Positions 13,945-17,543 of a DNA stretch of 17,543 bases are shown here, one piece after another. The notes under the pieces are model-generated. The model had not been told where the DNA came from and searched no databases. It saw only the letters and a program-made list of their open reading frames with translations. Source of the stretch: an uncultured Deferribacteres bacterium. GTDB lineage: Bacteria > Zhuqueibacterota > Zhuqueibacteria > Zhuqueibacterales > Geothermadaptataceae. The stretch spans positions 1 through 17,543 of the forward strand of contig CAXHAT010000165.1 in the NCBI GenBank assembly GCA_964014485.1, given 5' to 3'. The stretch's first letter is position 1; every line of letters starts with the position of its first letter. A program made the position numbers and the translations under genes.

Positions 13945-16900
13945 TTAGAAACCAACGCGCAATTTAAACAAGAACTGACGCGGGATAGGCAGACCAAATG
14001 CGTCTACGCCGTCCGTGAAGTTATTGTCGCGAATATTGTCCTGATCCGCTTCTCCGTCGCCGGAACCGCCGCGTCCATACCAGTTGATTTCAGGATCGGT
14101 GCCTGAGTAATTGGTAAAAATATGCAGGTTGCGTCCGGAAAACGAGAGCGAAGCGTTTCTTAACCCAAAGGAAGAAGTAAAGCTTCTGGGCAAATCATAA
14201 GTTAGACTCAGCTCGCGAATACGGATAAAATCCGCTTTCTCGACGGTGTTCAGCCCGGAATACGGCGCTAAAGCGCGGTAATTGTTTTCCCACGACAGAG
14301 CCGCGGCCAAACGCTCTTCCGGCGTGCTGTCAGGATTTTCCAGGATGAGGTTTGTCGCAGCGGCGCCCGGCGTATTCCGTCCAATCGCCGGATGGCTCTT
14401 GCGGAACGCGTCGGTGAGATTCGTTACCGAATAGCCGCCGGTTTTATATTCAAACAGGGAATTGAAACGGAAGTTTTTCAAGAAGCCAACGTTGAGCCCG
14501 AATGAGCCTTGCCAGTCAGGGGTCGGCTTGCCAAGAAAATGGTCGAGCAAATCGCCGTCGCCGTCTTCATCTACGAGGGCTGGGGCAAAATCGTCCGGCG
14601 TCCGCGCTTCGGAAAAGAAGGCGAGCAAGTCATCGCGACTGTCCGCAACGTTGTCGTTGTCGATGTCGATTGGGTACTCGCCGTCAGCGAGTCTCGCACC
14701 GAAAAATGCGCCCGGCTCATACCCTTCGCGCAAGTAGTTCCGGATTCGCGAGTATGACCCTTCGGCTTTTTGCTCCGGCGCGCCGCCAAGATCGGTGATT
14801 TCTTCCGTCAAATAAGCGGCGTTGGCGAAGAATTCAATAGAAACGTTTTCTTTTTTCAAGACTGAAACGTTCGCCAATAAGTCAAGCCCGGACGCTTGCA
14901 GCTCGCCAATGTTATCCAACTGCGTTCTGCGAAATCCGCCTGAGGGCGGGAATTGACGGGCAATCAAAGCGTCCTGCACCGTTCTGTCCCAGTAGGTTGC
15001 TTCGACGCCTAAGCGATCACTAAAAAATCCGGCTTCGAAGCCTGCTTCAAACTCGGTGGAAACTTCCGGCTTTATGCCAGGGTTCCCGAGGTTCTCCGGG
15101 CGAACGCCGGCGCCAGTTTCAGCATTGTACGGCTCGAATGTCGTGAATTGGTCGAAAGCGCCGGGCTGCTGGCCAGACTGGCCGACCGCGCCGCGAATTC
15201 TAAATGTGGAAAGGAAGCTGCCGCCAACATCGAAAGCACTCGTCGGCACGAAAGACAGGCTGACTTTCGGGTAACTCTGCGTGCTGAAATCCGTTCCGAA
15301 CGCGCTGTTGGCGTCGAAGCGAACCCCGCCGGTTACGAACAGATAGTCTTTGTAGCCCACCTGCTCTTGCACGAAAAAGCCTGCATTGATGACTTCCGAA
15401 AAACGCGACAAAGTGGTTTGGTTAGCGGCTGCGTCCAACACCTCCAATCCGGGCCCCGGGAACACGTCAACATCAGAAAAACTGGTGTTGTTGATCGTGT
15501 TGAAGCCTTGAAATCCGGCAAGAAAAGTTGACGAGAAATTGCTGCCGAAATTGCGGTTCCAATTTGCTTTTACGTCAACCGTCCATTCCTGATGCTCACG
15601 CTTCCCAAGCTGTAACAGCCCGTCAGCGTCCGTGCTGGCAAAACCGTCAACGTTCCAACCGAACGGACGGAATTCCGAGCTGCGCTGGCTGACAAAATCG
15701 AGTCCGCCAGTTGCATCCACGGTAATCTCGTCGGTCACGCGATAATTCACGTTAAGGCTGATGGCCGCATGGTCGGTCTTGTCGGAAACTTCCTGAAAGC
15801 TTGCTTCGCGAACCGTCGCAAATGCTGCTTGGCCGAGCGGATTATTTTCCGCGACGAATTCCGGTTTGCCGAATTGAGCCAGGGAGAGCGGCGCAAAAAT
15901 ATTATTGTTGTTCTGAATCGTGTTCTGGTTGACGTTTGAATATAAAGTGCTGAATCGAATACTCAAATTATTGGTGGGAACGATGTTGACGTTGGCTGAG
16001 AATTGGCCGCGTCGCAATACGTCGTCCGCACCGCCGACCGCAAGCCCGCCGAAGTTGTTCGCGTTGAAATTGACCGGCCCGTCGGTGTGCTGGAAACGAC
16101 CGGAAGCGAAGTACGTCACGCCCTGCGCCCCGCCGCTCACGCTCATATTGTAAGACTGCGCCCAGCCGGTGTTGAATTGGTCACTGACCCAGTTTCTCGA
16201 GACGAGCTGGAACGGCTGAACCGTCTCGCCGAGAACCTGCGACATGACGCCCGCAATCGAGTCATTGCGCGCAAAGCCGACGTTAGGTTTGTAAGCGTCG
16301 GGAAAATTCACGCTCGATTGTTCGACTTCAAAAGTGAAGCGCGGTTTTCCAAACTGGCCTTTTTTGGTAAAAATCTGGATGATGCCGTTTGAAGCCTGCG
16401 TGCCGTAGAGCGTCGCAGCCGCTGCGCCCTTGAGGATTTCGATGCGCTCAATAGCTTCCGGGTTGATATCATCAAGACGAGAAGGAACGCCGCCGCCGCC
16501 CGCGTTGATATCCCCGGCAAATCCGCCGTAATTATCAACCCGAACGCCGTCAACGTAGACAATCGGTTCGTTGGAAGTGGAAAGTGAAGAAGTGCCGCGA
16601 ATCCGAATCCGCGCGCCTTCGCCGACAAGCCCGCCGGAAGGCAAAACGCTGACCCCGGCTTCGCGCCCCGTCAGCATTTCCGAAACCGAGCTAACCGGAG
16701 CGTCTTCAAGCTGCTGCGCATTAATTGTCGCGACCGTATTCCCAAGACGTTTTTTCTCAGAAGCAATCCCCGCTCCGGTGACGACGACTTCATCAAGCTG
16801 CAGCACGGTTTCTTTTAGATTGAAATTGACCGTGACTGTTATCCCGCCGCTTACGCGTACCGTCTGCGACTGGCTTTTGTAGCCAATAAAACGTGCAATC

Positions 16901-17127
16901 AATTTGCGTTCACCCGCCGGCACGCCCTCGATGGTAAACTCGCCGCTGGCGTTGGTTGCCCCTCCGAGTTCAAAACCTTCAACAAGAACGCTGGCGCCGG
17001 GTAACGGATCGCCTGTGTTCGCGTCCAGAATTTTGCCGCTAACGGTTCCACGTTGTGCAAAAGCCAGCGTGGGAAGTACAGCGACGAGTAAGAAAACTTT
17101 TAGAATGTTTGAGAATTTCATACGCAT
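13945..17127 (-). CDS. SusC/RagA-family TonB-linked outer-membrane transporter, 1060 aa
   Basis: Signal peptide ...AFA|Q and N-terminal CarboxypepD_reg-like domain. LDEVVVTG, IRIRGTSSL..NEPIVYVDG, DINPEAIERIEILKGAAAATLYGTQASNGIIQIFTKKG, GNPGIKPE, PTPDWQG, FIRIRELSLTY, YSGTDPE and a C-terminal F. SD GGAG. Start at 17127 or 17121. Confidence 0.96.
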   Translation of the reverse strand: MRMKFSNILKVFLLVAVLPTLAFAQRGTVSGKILDANTGDPLPGASVLVEGFELGGATNASGEFTIEGVPAGERKLIARFIGYKSQSQTVRVSGGITVTVNFNLKETVLQLDEVVVTGAGIASEKKRLGNTVATINAQQLEDAPVSSVSEMLTGREAGVSVLPSGGLVGEGARIRIRGTSSLSTSNEPIVYVDGVRVDNYGGFAGDINAGGGGVPSRLDDINPEAIERIEILKGAAAATLYGTQASNGIIQIFTKKGQFGKPRFTFEVEQSSVNFPDAYKPNVGFARNDSIAGVMSQVLGETVQPFQLVSRNWVSDQFNTGWAQSYNMSVSGGAQGVTYFASGRFQHTDGPVNFNANNFGGLAVGGADDVLRRGQFSANVNIVPTNNLSIRFSTLYSNVNQNTIQNNNNIFAPLSLAQFGKPEFVAENNPLGQAAFATVREASFQEVSDKTDHAAISLNVNYRVTDEITVDATGGLDFVSQRSSEFRPFGWNVDGFASTDADGLLQLGKREHQEWTVDVKANWNRNFGSNFSSTFLAGFQGFNTINNTSFSDVDVFPGPGLEVLDAAANQTTLSRFSEVINAGFFVQEQVGYKDYLFVTGGVRFDANSAFGTDFSTQSYPKVSLSFVPTSAFDVGGSFLSTFRIRGAVGQSGQQPGAFDQFTTFEPYNAETGAGVRPENLGNPGIKPEVSTEFEAGFEAGFFSDRLGVEATYWDRTVQDALIARQFPPSGGFRRTQLDNIGELQASGLDLLANVSVLKKENVSIEFFANAAYLTEEITDLGGAPEQKAEGSYSRIRNYLREGYEPGAFFGARLADGEYPIDIDNDNVADSRDDLLAFFSEARTPDDFAPALVDEDGDGDLLDHFLGKPTPDWQGSFGLNVGFLKNFRFNSLFEYKTGGYSVTNLTDAFRKSHPAIGRNTPGAAATNLILENPDSTPEERLAAALSWENNYRALAPYSGLNTVEKADFIRIRELSLTYDLPRSFTSSFGLRNASLSFSGRNLHIFTNYSGTDPEINWYGRGGSGDGEADQDNIRDNNFTDGVDAFGLPIPRQFLFKLRVGF

Positions 17128-17543
17128 TTACCACTCCAAATTTTGGTTTGACTGTTAAATTGTCGAACAAAGAATTGGAAAAAAAGAATGGATGAATGCG
17201 CGGGAGAGAGCAGGCAGGTCAAATTCGGAAGATGAAGCCGAAGATTAAGAAATATGGTTTGTAAAGAGCCGCCCTAATCCTGCGCGTGAAATGTTTCGGA
17301 AGTGGCCGCTTCCGGCCGTCATAACGACAGCACAATTTTTATCTTATTGAATAACGCCTCCTTCTTTTTAAGAATGATTCTATTTCGTCGGTGGAAAACA
17401 TACGACTCAATTTCAAGGGCCGCCATCCCCAAAACTGGGGAGATTCGAGAAATAACGTCGGGATTAAATTTTGAGAGTTGCAAACCGAATGGGCTCTATA
17501 TGAATTTGTGTGGGTAACGTTATTCGTTTCGTATTTTTTTCAA

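Noticed and set aside
17128..17543. Riboswitch or small ORF (17302-17517) upstream of susC
   Set aside because: I could not recognise cobalamin, TPP or other riboswitch consensus elements. Only short hairpins are present, and the 71-aa ORF lacks support.

Overview
Bacterial chromosomal window of roughly balanced GC. It is probably from an FCB-related lineage such as KSB1 or Calditrichota (inference: a T9SS/FlgD-type C-terminal domain, a SusC/SusD pair and Gln after signal peptides occur together with ordinary GGAG Shine-Dalgarno sites and a sigma70-like promoter). Nine protein-coding genes are supported: a secreted NTF2-like/lumazine-binding protein (-); a peptidase C25-like protein with a C-terminal sorting domain and apparently no catalytic dyad (+); a double beta-propeller/Y_Y_Y sensor fused to a PP2C/SpoIIE phosphatase (+); a TonB-dependent receptor coupled to a CoA-pyrophosphatase Nudix gene (+); a sigma54 enhancer-binding protein with a degenerate receiver (-); a membrane-anchored hypothetical protein (-); and a SusC/SusD pair (-). 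Two non-coding signals stand out. (1) A 221-bp element at 851-1071 has IS50/Tn5-like ends and a 9-bp target duplication, splits a GTCATT-type REP, and carries its own hairpin cluster. (2) A three-hairpin candidate small RNA at about 11580-11690 (-) has unrelated stems but near-identical loops, and its loops are complementary to translation-initiation regions of upstream genes on the same strand. All calls come from reading the sequence; no database searches were run.
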